Positions 37,761 to 50,550 are shown, numbered from the stretch's first letter. The stretch: 64,000 nucleotides of DNA from Octopus sinensis (GCF_006345805.1 NC_042998.1:57784001-57848000), one strand, 5' to 3'. Notes: generated by a model not told the origin, from the letters alone. Made by a program: numbers and translations.

Positions 37761-38188
37761 GTCGCAAGAGTGGCTGTGTGGTAAGAAACTTGCATTCCGA
37801 CCACATGGTTCCGGGTTCAGGCCCACTGCGTGGAAAATTGGGAAACTGTCTTCTAATTTAGTCTCGGGCCGACCAAAGCCTTGAGAGTGGGTTTGGTTGG
37901 CGGAAGCTGAAAGAAGTCCTTTATGTATGTATGCATGCATATATGTATGTATGTATGTATATTAATGTGTCTGTGCCTTCGTGTCTATGTTTATCCTTCT
38001 ACCATCGCTTGACAACCGATGTTGGGATGTTCATGTCCCCGAAGCCAAGTGATTCGGGGAAAAGAGACCGATAGAATAAGTACTAGGCTTAGAAAGAATA
38101 AGTCTTGGGGTCCATTTCTTCGATCAAAGGCGGTGCTGCAGCATGGCCGCAGTCAAATGACTGAACAGGCAAAAGAGTAAAAGAGTAA
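37761..38188 (+). mobile_element. Family B SINE, full length
   Basis: agtggctgtgtggtaag...ggttcaggccc...aaagagtaaaagagta tail. Confidence 0.88.
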
Positions 38189-38299
38189 CCTCTTCAATCT
38201 CTGGCCTGATCCTGATATTTCTCTACTTTGTTTTTTCAATTTCTTTCCTTTCTACTCTGTTATCGAATTACAAAATCTAAGTTCAGCCAGCAGAAAATT

Positions 38300-38760
38300 G
38301 TAGACTGATAATTGTGCTGCATTAGATCTGACGTGTAGTAAAAGCCGAAGTTTCCCATTCTTCAGCAGAGAGCTGACCAAAAGGACATGGCCAGTGGTAA
38401 ATGATCGCCTTGGGATGATCTGGGAAAGATGGATGCTGGAAATACAGAACAGATTTTTCTGGACATCAAAGATTATCAAGCAAAACACAAGAAAGGCAAC
38501 TCATCTGCGCTTCAGATTGTTTTGAAATTAACGGTTCTTTCGAATCACCAATGATAAACAGGAATTTCTGAAGAAAAAAGATAGGGAAAATATACTGACT
38601 GATGGGGAGATGGTGTCTGGTTTTGTGGGAAACTTGAATAATAATGTTATTGGCGAAAACTAGAGTACAACGTATAAGACGAAGAGTCATAGTTCTAGCT
38701 TTACTTGAGACCATAACTGTTCACGCGTAATTTTGGAAGTAGTAGATTCGAGATCTAGGG
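38300..38760 (+). mobile_element. Degenerate RTE-type LINE endonuclease-region fragment
   Basis: KDRENILTDGEMVSGFVG...NVIGEN...SFT*DHN resembles the APE motif IxxGDFNGHVG...LxFAxxHNL; heavily decayed. Confidence 0.4.
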
Positions 38761-38857
38761 GCAGAAAGAGATCATGGTTGTAGGGTGGTTTGATCCAACC
38801 TATGTTGTGTCTATGGATGGGCTAGTCTTATTTCTTTGAAAATATATTCACTATAAG

Positions 38858-39072
38858 ACAGCTGGCTGGCAAAATCGTTTGCACGCCGGGCAAAAAAGGC
38901 TTAGCGACATGTCGCCCATCTTAATATTCTGAATTCAAATTCCGCCGAGATCGATTTTGCCTTTCATCCTTTCGGGGAGTCGATGAAAAAAATACCAGTT
39001 AAGCACTGAGGTCGATGTAATCGATCACGCACATCCCCGAAATTGTTGGCCATGTACCAAAATTTGAAAACA
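38858..39072 (+). mobile_element. Family A SINE
   Basis: gctggcaaaatcg...ctgaattcaaattccgccgag...ccaaaatttgaaaac. Confidence 0.85.
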
Positions 39073-39535
39073 ATATATATTCACCTTTTGTGTATTTGCA
39101 CGCACGTGCACACAGACACACATCTCTGACTTTACGATGCTTGTATCATCTATTTCCTTTTCATATTATTGGTGCTTCTTCATATATGATTTGGCAATTT
39201 TGTTTCTCTTCAGTTTTTAGATATATAAATGTATAATTGCATCCTCTTTCCATATAACCATTTTCTTAGACATTTTATACATACTATCTTTGTGGCAACG
39301 AAAATCAATTATCGTTTTTGCCGTCATTCTAATATTATTATGATGATGACGTTATCAGAACTGAAGTGGTAAGCCTTAAGAAATGTCTTTTTGGGTGTCA
39401 CAGTCTAAGTAAATCGAATGGAATTCTATACGTCGATATAAGAAGCATGTTTTCGTAATATTGGTGAAAATATCTAAATAGATATGACAGGAAAAAGGAA
39501 AACAACAGAAAAGAGGAATGAAGAAAATGATAGGA

Positions 39536-39920
39536 TGGGCGTGGCTGTGTGGTAGGAAGCTTGCTTCCCAACCACATGTTGTAGGTTCGGTCCTACTGCA
39601 CGGCACCTTGGGCAAGTGTTTTCTACTATAGCCACCAGAGCCTTGTGGGTAGATTTGGTAGACAGAAACTAAAAAAAAAAATCCGTCGTATATATATTTA
39701 TGTGTGTGTGTGTGTGTGTGTGCCTGGGGTTATCACCTACCACCAACTGGCAACAGGTGTTTACGTCCGCGTAACTCAGCGGTTCGACAGTAGATTCCAA
39801 TAGAATACGTAACAGGCTTTAAAAGATAAGTAGTCGGGTCGTTTCATTCGATTAAACAAAATTCTTCAATATGATGCTTCAGTAAAGCCGCAGTCTAATC
39901 ACTGAAAGAAATAAAAGATA
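39536..39920 (+). mobile_element. Family B SINE, degenerate
   Basis: gtggctgtgtggtaggaagcttgc...ggcaccttgggcaagtg. Confidence 0.8.
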
Positions 39921-39924
39921 AAAG

Positions 39925-39985
<61 letters not shown>

Positions 39986-39989
39986 TGTG

Positions 39990-40120
39990 TATATATATAT
40001 TCGAGCGTAGGCTCGAAACGTAAAAGACTTTTCCTATTCCTAAGCGTTATACTAATACATCTGTTTGTTTTGTACACCACCTGTCTTCATCTTTTGTTTT
40101 ATTCGTAAACTCTCCCTATA
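39990..40120 (+). mobile_element. Short PLE-type terminal fragment (same family as 24480-24660)
   Basis: gagcgtaggctcgaa.cgt.aaag.ctttt...taatacat...tacacca.ctgtcttc is shared by both sites; (TA)n flanks. Confidence 0.55.
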
Positions 40121-40122
40121 TA

Positions 40123-40170
<48 letters not shown>

Positions 40171-41329
40171 GATAAAGAGAAAGATAGAGAGATGCACACA
40201 CACATACACACGCGTGTATAGAGTGTGTAAGTATATGAGTATGCGTGTGTGTGCGTGGAGAAGGGGGGGAGACTGTCAGAACAATGCCCAGAAGGACGAA
40301 AGACAATAAAGAGACGATGTGGTGGTAGGAGGGGTGTGGTGCTGTTGCCTGAAGTGATGTAGTTTGTTTCCACACAGTTGGCATCTTTAGTAATACAACA
40401 TCGCTCAGATCGTCATTGATCAATAATCCCATTATGTCATCACTGTTGCTGTGCTTTTACCACCGTCTCCACCGTTGTCATACCCACCACCACCACCACC
40501 ACCGCAACTACCACCTGCACCACCACAATTATCCTGATCGTTATCGTAATCGTTTTTCGTTGTCGCCGTCATTATTTTTGTCATTGTGTTAACATCACCA
40601 GTGACGCAATTGTCATCCGTCTGTTTATCGTTTTGTTTTGTTTGTTTTGTTTTTTTTTGTTGTCATCGACTTTACTATTTCTCGTGCAGCAATTGTTATC
40701 GAGCGCATGTGAGCTTTCAGTTTTGGTAGGGTATGACACCTTACCTAGACAGTTAGCAACACAATTTCAATTTCCACTGAATATCAGATCCTTATTACAA
40801 GTAGGGTACGACACTTTTGCCACATATTTTTTACTTAGTGAAAATATAGAAATCTTATTGTCTGATGAATAAAAGAGAAAGAGCATGGATGTGTGATTAG
40901 GAAGTTCACTTCGCACTTGCGAGGTTTCGCGTTCAGTTCCACTGTGCATCACTTACTAAAGACCCTGAGGGACCGATGCCTTATGACTGAATTTGTTAGA
41001 TAGGAAACTCGTCATATGAATATGTGCGTGAATGTCTGCGTGAGTGTGTGTGTGTGTGTGTGTGCGTGTATGTGTGTGTATGCGTGCGTGTGCGTGTGTA
41101 TGCTGTCTGTGTTCCTTTTACCATTTGACAACAGGTGTGCGTTTGTTTATGTCCTTTTAATTTAGGAGTTTGCTTTGGATTATGAGACGGACGCGCTACT
41201 CATTACACTTGCCTTTCATCTTTCCGGGTCGATAAAACAAGTACCTGAGCGCTGAGGGTCAATGTAATTGACTTGCTCCCTTCGCCGAAATTGCTGACCT
41301 TGTGCCAAAAATTGAAACCAATACAGAAC

Positions 41330-41624
41330 TTCGGCAAAAGAGACCATTAAAATAAGTATCAGACATAAAATAAAAGTATTGATGCCTATTTCTTTGACCA
41401 AACCCTTCAAAACTGCCTCAGAATGACCGCTATACTATGACTGAAACAAGTAAAAAATAAAAGAGTTCCCATAGGCGTAGGAGTGGCTTTGTGGTAAGTA
41501 GCTTGCTTACGAACCACATGGTTCCGGGTTCAGTCCCAGTGTGTGGCACCTTGGTTAAGTGTCTTCTACTATAGCCTCGGGCCGACCAAAGCCTTGCTAG
41601 ACGGAAACTGAAAGAAGCCCGTGG

Positions 41625-41657
<33 letters not shown>

Positions 41658-42638
41658 TATATATAGATAAAATCCAAGCATGCACAAAGCGAAAACACAA
41701 CAACACGAGGACGTGGAACAAGTATAGTGTTATTGGACGTTCAGGAAAGGAAAGCAAGAAGGAGGATTTAATGTTTCGAGTGGAGCTCTTCGTCAGAAAT
41801 ATAGAAAAAAGGAAAATTCCAAGGACGGTAAGACGGAGAAAGAAAATCGCCAACGATACACACGCGGTCAAATTTGTGTGTCTGTGTTTGTCCCCACAAC
41901 ATCGCCTGGTAACCGATGCTAGTGTGTTTACGTCCCCGTAACTTGGCGGTTCGGCAAAAGACACCGATAGATAAGTACTAGGCTTACAAAGAATAAGTCC
42001 TGGGGGTCGATTTCCTGAACTAAAGGCGGTGCTCCAGCATGGCCACAGTCAAATAACTGAAACAAGTAAAAGAGTATACAATAATTACCGTACAGAAAAA
42101 AGTTGGTTTAAGATGCATAACGTCCATTATAAAGCTTCGGTCCCTCGATCTATATCTCCTTTTATCTTACTTCAGTGATTGGACTGTGGTCTTGAAAGGC
42201 TCTAGATGAGCAAACAGAGTCCAACATTTATAATCTTGTTCAAAAATTGATACTTATTCTCTCGTTCTTTTTTACCGAACCTCTCTGTTACTGGGTCTTA
42301 AATAGACCGATACGCGCTGTCAGACGAGGGTGAAGAGAGACAAACACAAGACACACATATACATATATACTCAACGGGTCTCCACATAGTTTCAGGGTTT
42401 CGGCAAAAGAGACCATTAAAATAAGTATCAGGCATAAAATAAAAGTATTGATGCCTATTTCTTTGACCAAAGCCTTCAAAACTGCCTCAGTATGACCACT
42501 ATACTATGACTGAAACAAGTAAAAAATAAAAGAGTTCCTATAGGCATAGGAGTGGCTGTGTGGTAAGTAGCTTGCTTACGAACCACAAGGTTCCGGGTTC
42601 AGTCCCAGTGTGTGGCACCTTGGGTAAGTGTCTTCTAC
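41330..42638. repeat. 240-bp direct duplication (41330-41569 and 42399-42638)
   Basis: About 9 mismatches; the unit spans a SINE-tail/SINE-head junction. Confidence 0.9.
41474..42077 (+). mobile_element. Family B SINE with ~200-bp insertion in its internal microsatellite
   Basis: Head 41474-41625, unrelated block ~41660-41870, tail 41875-42077. Confidence 0.8.
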
Positions 42639-42896
42639 GGCAGAATAGAAGACATGCACCTAAGATGTCATGCAGTAAGACTAAACTCAAAACCACTTGG
42701 GTGTAAATCGTAAGAGCCACACAGTCACGCCGGCGCCTATAACATTACATCCCCATACACCTGGGCCGCCGGAGTGAAGCCCAAGAACCCTAACCAGTGG
42801 ATCACATTGAAAATTTTGTAAAAAAAAAATTGTTACATCACTGTATCCCTTGTCTAAAAGGATTGTTAGATTACGTGTAGTATTTATGCTCCGTGC

Positions 42897-43236
42897 CAGG
42901 GGTTCTCAACCATTTCTTATCAAGGGACTTCTTTGATTATTATTTTATTCTGGTGAATCCCCATTTGATATTTAAAACTTCTTTTATAGAAACTTCTTTC
43001 AACATTCCTATTTTGTTTTTCATATATTAACTTGTGTAGGTTGATCTATGTAAAGTCTTAAAGAAAACCTAGCTGTCTCTTGCAATACATACCAATGTAT
43101 ACATCTAAAGCAAACTTTTTAAAGGACCCTTAGAATACTACTGTGGATCGCCAATTCACTATTTTGTTGCATGGACTCCCCAAAAATTTATATGGACTCT
43201 CGGAGGTCTATAATGGACATTAGTTGAGGACCACTG
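42897..43236. mobile_element. hAT-family MITE (340 bp)
   Basis: TIRs caggggttctcaac / gttgaggaccactg; 8-bp flanks ctccgtgc / ctttatgc differ only by transitions. Confidence 0.75.
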
Positions 43237-43556
43237 CTTTATGCAAAGGAAAGACAACATAGATAATAGACTATAGAGAAGTAAAGGGACTAATCCACAT
43301 GAACCGAGCTTGTAATAATACAGTTTAAGCATTTGCGAAAAGTATATTTCCCCTGAATGAATTCGCTAATTACATAGAGGAAAGGCATAAAAGTTACAAT
43401 ACACCCCCAACAAATCTGGAATATGTTTCTTTCTTCGTGAGAAAAATCAATATAAGCGTCATCGTTAGACATGAGAATAGACATGCATACAACCAACACG
43501 CACATTCACAAGACACGCATTTACACACGCGTTTCCGCAATTGTATGTATGAACAC

Positions 43557-43811
<255 letters not shown>

Positions 43812-44388
43812 CGTACTTGTCTGTCCGTTCGTCCATCTGGTTATCTATCTACATTATATATACATATATATACATGTATGTTTGTGTGTATAAGTTTATA
43901 GATGTGTATGTGCGTATATATATATATATATATGCGTGTATGTTCCTGTATATACATATGCGTGTGCTTCTGTATATGTGTATATATATATATATAAATA
44001 TAGATATAGATATATATTTATATATATATATGTATGTATGTATGTATATCTTTACACATGCACACGCATGCACACGCATGCACTTACGCATACAACCCAT
44101 TCATACACACGTGCGCGCAATTGCAGTGCAATACACACTTTATTTTTAAACACCCCAGTTTTTATATGGTTGATCAAGAGCATTGATCGAATCCTGTTAG
44201 CAATCCTTCGTGCTCTATCAATCATAGCTTTAATTTCTACATCCTGTTTCACTCTTTCGATTATTTTAACGATTTCTTTCAGAACAAACTTTCATCGACT
44301 GGCTCACTCTTATTTCATTCAGATGTGTTTATATACAATTGCACTACTGCCACTACTGCTGCTACTACTACTACTACTACTACTACTA

Positions 44389-44420
<32 letters not shown>

Positions 44421-44699
44421 ACTCAGTCTTTATAAATCCATATGTATAAACATACATACGCTGTCATATATAGACAGAGGCCTAGACACGTGTATATACG
44501 TACGTGCCTATGTATGTATGAATGTATGTATGCGTGTATGTACATATGTATGCATGTATGTACGTATGTGTGCATGTATGTACATATGTATGCATGTATG
44601 TATGCATGTATGTACATATGTATGCATGTACGTACATATCTACACATTACTTTTATATATATATATACCTATGAGTGTGTGTGTGTGTGTAATCTTTGA

Positions 44700-44864
44700 T
44701 TCCTTTATTCTTTCACATGTTTCAGTCATTAGACTGTGGCCATGCTGGAGCACCGCCTTGAAGGGTTTTAGTTGCACTTTGCACAAGTATCTTCTACAAT
44801 AGCTTCGAGCCGATCAAAGCCTTGTGAGTGTATCTGGGAGACGGAAACTGAAAGGAAGCTGTAG

Positions 44865-44896
<32 letters not shown>

Positions 44897-45177
44897 GTGC
44901 GTGTGTGTGTGTGTGTGAGTGTGTGTGTGTGTGTGCATGTGTGTGTGTGTGTGCGTGTTTGTGTATGTGTGTGTCAGTGTTTGTCCCTCAGCATCGTCTG
45001 ACAACCGATGGTGGTGTGTCTACGTCCCCGTGTCTACATAGTGGATCGGCAAGAGAAACCGATAGAATAAGTACTAGGCTTACAAAGATTAAGCCCTGGA
45101 GTCGATTTGCTCGACTAAAGGCCGTGCTCCTACATGGCCGCATTCGAATGACTGAAAGAAGTAAAAGAGTAAAACAT
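44700..45177. mobile_element. Family B SINE pieces: minus-strand tail (44700-44770) and plus-strand 5'-truncated copy (44790-45177)
   Basis: gtttcagtcattagactgtggccatgctgg versus gccgatcaaagccttgtgagtg...gactgaaagaagtaaaagag. Confidence 0.8.
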
Positions 45178-45279
45178 TAACGTAACAAGCGGTAAAGGGG
45201 TTCAAAATATTTATAGGCACCAATCTCTGACGTAGAAGTACCTACCTTTGAAGAACTTCGAAATCTTCCTTTATTAACA

Positions 45280-45280
<1 letters not shown>

Positions 45281-45339
<59 letters not shown>

Positions 45340-45344
45340 GATAG

Positions 45345-45385
<41 letters not shown>
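45281..45385. repeat. Palindromic microsatellite (CT)n(CTAT)n-CTAG-(ATAG)n(AG)n
   Basis: Seen directly; centre TCTAGA near 45338. Confidence 0.9.
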
Positions 45386-45679
45386 AAGATTACACGTTTT
45401 TCCATCCTACAGAAATGAAATGAATACGATGCAAGCGCTGGCGTAAACTTGTTTTCATTGTAATGTCACATAATACATGTTCCGGTTGGTGAAAGCCGGG
45501 ACGATTGAGAGATTGCGAAGTCTATATACCTGTTAAGGAGTACATATGTACTGAAAACAATTAGCAAAAACATTGTAAACGCTTCCAAGTTGCACTCGAT
45601 TGGAAGTAATAGTTTTTATTTGTCTCGTGTGAGTTCGTGTGTGTGTGTGTGTGTGTTTGTGTATACACACATGAAAGAC

Positions 45680-45992
45680 CATGGGATTACACCTATAAAA
45701 TTACTGTCCGAGGCACAGGTCCGGGCATGGCTGATTATGGCGGACCAGCAGTCGCCCATGCATACCAGCCTCCCTTCTTCACGCCACCGATGTTATTATC
45801 CAAGGTAACAGGCAAAGTACTATATAGCGTGGCAGCAATGACGTCACAACTCATTTCTACGGCCCAGTGAACTGGAGCAAGGTGAAATAAAGCGTTGGCT
45901 CAAGAACACAACACACAGTCCCGCCCAGGAATCGAACTCACTACCTCATGAGTGTGAGCCCGACGCTCTATCCACAAATCCATGTGCCTTCA
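45680..45992 (-). mobile_element. Family D SINE, near full length
   Basis: Reverse complement gives a tRNA head (...gagttcgattcctggg) then gttgtgttcttgagc...tttcaccttgctccag. Confidence 0.8.
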
Positions 45993-46383
45993 CAATATAC
46001 ACGCACACACACACACACACACACATACACACACTCACAGACACACTTTGAGTAATAACCTTATAGTGTGCTTTCCAAAGCTTCTTTCTCTCCGTGTATC
46101 GACCACCAGATTCTATAATACAGTAGATCTATTTCTTTTACTAGACATACATGAGGAAATCCGCAAGTATCCGAATTTTAACACGAGAAGATTATTACAA
46201 GTCACTGTAATTGCTTCAACGCATCATTATCAGCTGCTAATTATTAAATGTAACATATATAAGATAAGCAATAATATTAGTGAAAAATAGCTGTTTATAT
46301 GCGCATCTTCAGGTGAATAGGTTTTAAAGCACTGCTGTATCATCTTTAGTTTCTCTTTCTTTCACACTTACACCATAATACTA

Positions 46384-46911
46384 TTGGGTTGACCGGAAAG
46401 TTCGTGCCGATTTATAGTAGCTTACTTTTCGACTTATTTTAGAACATGGTTGAGTCCATAAAATAGGATTTGACTACACCTCCATTTAGAGCACAGTTTA
46501 AGCTATCTTTTCGTGGAAGAAGGTTTATGTTCCTATAATCTGTGGAAGATAAGAAAGTTCATTTTCGGTAATTGATGCTTTGAAAACCAGACAGAAACTG
46601 GTTCGGCTGGAATGTGTTATCCCACCCTCCCTATTCACGAGATATTGCTCCTTTTGATTTCCACCTATTCAGGTCTCTGCAGAATAGTAAAAATTTCAAT
46701 TCCTTGGATGACGTAAAAAGATACATTGATGAATCCTTTGCCATGAAACCACCTCAATTCTAGGAAGAGTGTATTTTCAAGTTAAAGGAAAGATGGAGAC
46801 GAATTGTGCAACAAAATGGTTCATATTTGGTTGATTAAAAACGTAATGGCAAATATTTATTGACCTTCTTCTTTTCTTTAAAAATTGGCACGAACTTTCT
46901 AGACAACCCAA
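46384..46911 (+). mobile_element. Internally deleted mariner element with TA TSD
   Basis: TIRs ttgggttgaccggaaagttcgtgccgattt / aaattggcacgaactttctagacaacccaa, flanked by TA at 46382 and 46912. Confidence 0.92.
46605..46838 (+). pseudogene. Mariner transposase C-terminal remnant
   Basis: GWNVLSHPPYSRDIAPFDFHLFRSLQN...ERWRRIVQQNGSYLVD*, the HPPYSPDLAPSDFHLF motif; internal stop and deletion. Confidence 0.9.
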
Positions 46912-47813
46912 TATTTTTAATGTTTCATTGACAAAGAGCAACACGGAAGTACAGATAAGTACAGATGAGAAGAAAAGCCAAAAATACATTAATGTAAATA
47001 ATTTCCAAAAATATGCTCCGTATTCATTCCATCCTTAATTGCTTACGTATCTCGACTTTTTGGACAATAAACGAACATTCAAAGAATAATATCATTAAAT
47101 GATAAACTTTAACAATTGTTTTGACTTGCATCTGCTACCGTTCCTTTTCAAAGGGAATCGGTTGCATAGAAGTTCACTTAATAAGCACTGCAGAAGACGA
47201 AATCCTGTCAGCTTACAGATATAATTTTAACTGCACAGTGATTCTGTCGTGGTTTTTAGCCCAGCTGCTAGCCCAAGTCATTAAAAGAGATTATTAAACT
47301 AACAAATTTAACTTGCACACAATCAGTTTTTGTGATGTGTTTTGCAGCTTTATTAATGAAATATATATATGTATATATAGAGCAATAAGAAAATGGAGGG
47401 AATTAATAGGTGGTATTCATCAACTTTTAGACATTATATTATGTCAATTTATTCATTTATTTAATAAAATGTATAACATAATATGCTTAACATATATAAT
47501 GTATAAAGATACCAGTGGTTATTAAAATATATAACATACATGAATAGAAATTGGGAAAATATCTTACAGCGGTTTCAGCCTAGAGGCAAAAATACCTCAT
47601 TCTACATTTATCTTCCCAGTAGACTGAAGTAATCAGTAGATGAAATTGAGGTACTCGGGTGTTTCTCTAGGCTTCGTCCAGAGATTTTAGAAAGTACATA
47701 AGGTTAAGTTATAAATATAAATACACGCACATATACATGTACATACATATACATAAATATACACAAATACATATACCTACACTTTAATGTGCATACATAT
47801 TTGCATGTATATA

Positions 47814-47865
<52 letters not shown>

Positions 47866-48055
47866 GTTATTATTATTATTATTAGATGCATTATATTATT
47901 GATATTAGATAAAATATAAATAGAGATATGTGAAAGTTATAAGAGAAGTAACTTTGTAATCAATATAAAAAATAAGTTATTTCAGTCAAGCAAGAACGAA
48001 ACAGCATATATGTATACACACACACACATACACACACACACACACACACACAGAC

Positions 48056-48089
<34 letters not shown>

Positions 48090-48272
48090 ATATATATATT
48101 ATATAACATTTTTCCGAGTTTGTGTAAATGTGATTGTAAGAATAATATATCAGTTGAATAAAGTCTGTTAAATATATACATTAAACATGTATATATATAT
48201 ACATACACACATATACATAGATACGTAGATATACTCACACACATATATATGCACATGCATACATGTATAAAT

Positions 48273-48312
<40 letters not shown>

Positions 48313-48833
48313 TATATACACTCACAATTTTCAATCTCATGAAGGTGTATCTTTCCATGCTACTGTACAAACACGTTCATATATTAATGCTTTTTTCCTT
48401 ATTTATATCCAGTCGTTTAGAATCTTGTGTTTATACTAAAAACAAAGGCAAAAATGTTATGAGGTAACCTTAGTTTTGCTTTTTCTGACCTTTGCTCTAT
48501 GTATCGTTATATGTTCATTCACCTATGATAATGCTACTGTGGAAATACACGCGATATTCATTCTATAGCTGAATCTTGCAAGTACATATATGAGAGTACA
48601 TCATGGTAAATACATCTATTATATAGTTGTTACACTATTAATCAAATAGCTTTACACGTAAGAATTATCTTGATATTACATAATTTAAACAGACGTCAAT
48701 ACGTATAGTCGTTTTATGATAATCATTATCTAATCATCATATGGTTATATTTTTGTCTGTATTTCGCTGGGTGTTTGTATACATGCATATATTTATGTAT
48801 GTGCTTGTTTGTAAGGAGTATATATATATATAT

Positions 48834-49507
48834 ACTAAGTAATTAAGGGTTTAGCAACGAATTGCCTCACCAACACACCGAATTTAGAAATAGCAGTCAA
48901 AGAGATATAGCTATTCCTTCTACTAAAAGGGGGATCTCAGCAAAAACACAGCACTTGAAAGGCAACACAGACAGGTAAGAAAGAGAGAATGAAATGACGG
49001 CAATCTACTCACAATTTTTAAGTTACCTACGGACGTACGTTTCGAATCAAGTTTTAGGAAAGCATAAGAATTAGAAAATTCTACCTTACCCAAACTTCTT
49101 TTCTCATCGGCGCAGGATACTACAATTATGATAATTGTATATTAAATTTTGAGATACTAGAAGGCATTATCTCACTCAGTGTCAGAGCGAGCCAAAGCAT
49201 GACCAGTACCACGAAATTCAATATGAATGAAAGTTTGTGTCACCAGCCCCCTTCCACCCGCGTGTAGCCAAACAAAATGCTGTGGTCATTTACTGGGATA
49301 AAATATGGTTATCAGTTAATAAAGGGTGAAATTAATTAATTTGGAATAATTATCATTACACCAAGTAGATTTCGGCATGTAAAAGCCCCATTCGAGGAAA
49401 ATTTAAGTAATACTAAGTAATTAAGGTTTAGCATAGCAACGAATTGCCCTCACCACACACACCGAATTTAGAAATAGCAGTCAAGAGATATGCTATTCCT
49501 TCTACTA
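48834..49507 (-). mobile_element. Penelope-like terminus with ~92-bp direct repeats
   Basis: 48834-48925 is repeated at 49411-49507; hammerhead motif inside; (TA)n on both sides. Confidence 0.7.
49026..49116 (-). ncRNA. Type I hammerhead motif with long stem II (U4 changed to C)
   Basis: CCTGCG-CCGATGA-gaa..AAGTTT..AAACTT..ttc-GAAAC(gtac)GTC-CGTAGG: 6-bp stem I, palindromic ACGTACGT stem III/loop, GUC triplet. Confidence 0.6.
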
Positions 49508-49511
49508 TATA

Positions 49512-49625
49512 TATTATAATAAATTAGAGACAAACCACTATTATGCAAATCATCAAAGAAAGACTTAAGCCAATACATAAAATATAAAATAATATATATA
49601 AATTAAAATTTAACAAAATGAATTT
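49512..49625. mobile_element. PLE terminus related to the 14149 and 14811 elements
   Basis: aaattagagacaaaccactattatgcaaatc...aagacttaagccaatacataaaa. Confidence 0.65.
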
Positions 49626-49630
49626 TATAG

Positions 49631-49664
<34 letters not shown>

Positions 49665-49671
<7 letters not shown>

Positions 49672-49807
49672 TGTAGGTCCCGGGTTGAGTCGGGGTTAAC
49701 CACAGTAAAAAGGTACTCAATACAGAGCAGAGTAAAGTAATTTATTTTATAGAAGGAGCTTCTACAGGACTAGAACTGTTTCATTCAGATGAAATCTTCA
49801 GGAAGAT
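49665..49807 (-). mobile_element. PLE terminal fragment carrying a hammerhead motif
   Basis: (TA)n on both sides; motif at 49759-49805. Confidence 0.55.
49759..49805 (-). ncRNA. Type I hammerhead motif
   Basis: CTTC-CTGAAGA-tTTC(atct)GAAt-GAA-ACAG(ttctagtc)CTGT-A-GAAG: intact core, 4-bp stems I and III, U-U at the base of stem II, GUA triplet. Confidence 0.6.
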
Positions 49808-49809
49808 AT

Positions 49810-50113
49810 ATATGTTTTCTCTCCAGTTTCAGCTCAGAGCTGCGTCATGGTGATGCACGGCCATTTTGCTACACTGTTATTACTAACAGCCTCCTCTAAT
49901 ATGTGGCACTTGGTGAAGAATGGATTTTGATATAGCTACCCTCATTTGCACCTCTTGCCGTGAGGTAGGTTCATCTTGGACACTCGACAGGAAGAGGTCC
50001 AGCTTTGATTGAAAAAAAACCCTGCATCTACTTTGTGCAGGTTCCTCAGACTCTTTAGGAGAATATTAAAAAGCTGTGGGTCCCTGAAACCCAGGCTGTT
50101 GCAGTAACTGGTC
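49810..50113 (-). mobile_element. CR1-type LINE 3' end (third subfamily)
   Basis: YCNSLGFRDPQLFNILLKSLRNLHKVDAG / FxSKLDLFLSSVQDEP matches the CR1-group ORF2 C-terminus (one frameshift). Confidence 0.75.
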
Positions 50114-50130
50114 CATTATATATATATATA

Positions 50131-50249
50131 TCACGTGATCACGTGACCGACCAGTCCATCAGATGTAGTTACACATCGCTGGTCACAATGCATTCGCATT
50201 GTTTTAGCCTTCGAATGACGCCACCCCGCTGGCTAAGTGAGCAGGCCAA
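50131..50249 (-). mobile_element. Family E short element in (TA)n
   Basis: Reverse complement of the 21096-21217 type. Confidence 0.85.
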
Positions 50250-50259
50250 TATATATATA

Positions 50260-50550
50260 TAATGGACTCTTCCGTCGAAGACGATGTAAGTCTACTTATA
50301 AACGTTCAGCTTGTTGAACCACCTGCAGAAATGATTTGCTTATAGTAAAGAAATGTTCATGCTGCCTATTAGCTGAATCTTTCTATGAAACCGATGTTGT
50401 CTGAGCAAGTACCACAAATCAGGCATCGAAGTGATCGTAGAGCAACGTGAGATGATGTGTTTAGGTTAAGAAGATAACGCACTACCCGGTATAGGAACTG
50501 AAGCTATCGTCTCACGATTGTGAGTACTCCTTAACCACTTGGCCATAAAC
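50260..50550 (-). mobile_element. Family D SINE, degenerate
   Basis: gagcaacgtgagatgatgtg...gaagataacgcactacccgg...ttaaccacttggcc. Confidence 0.6.
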
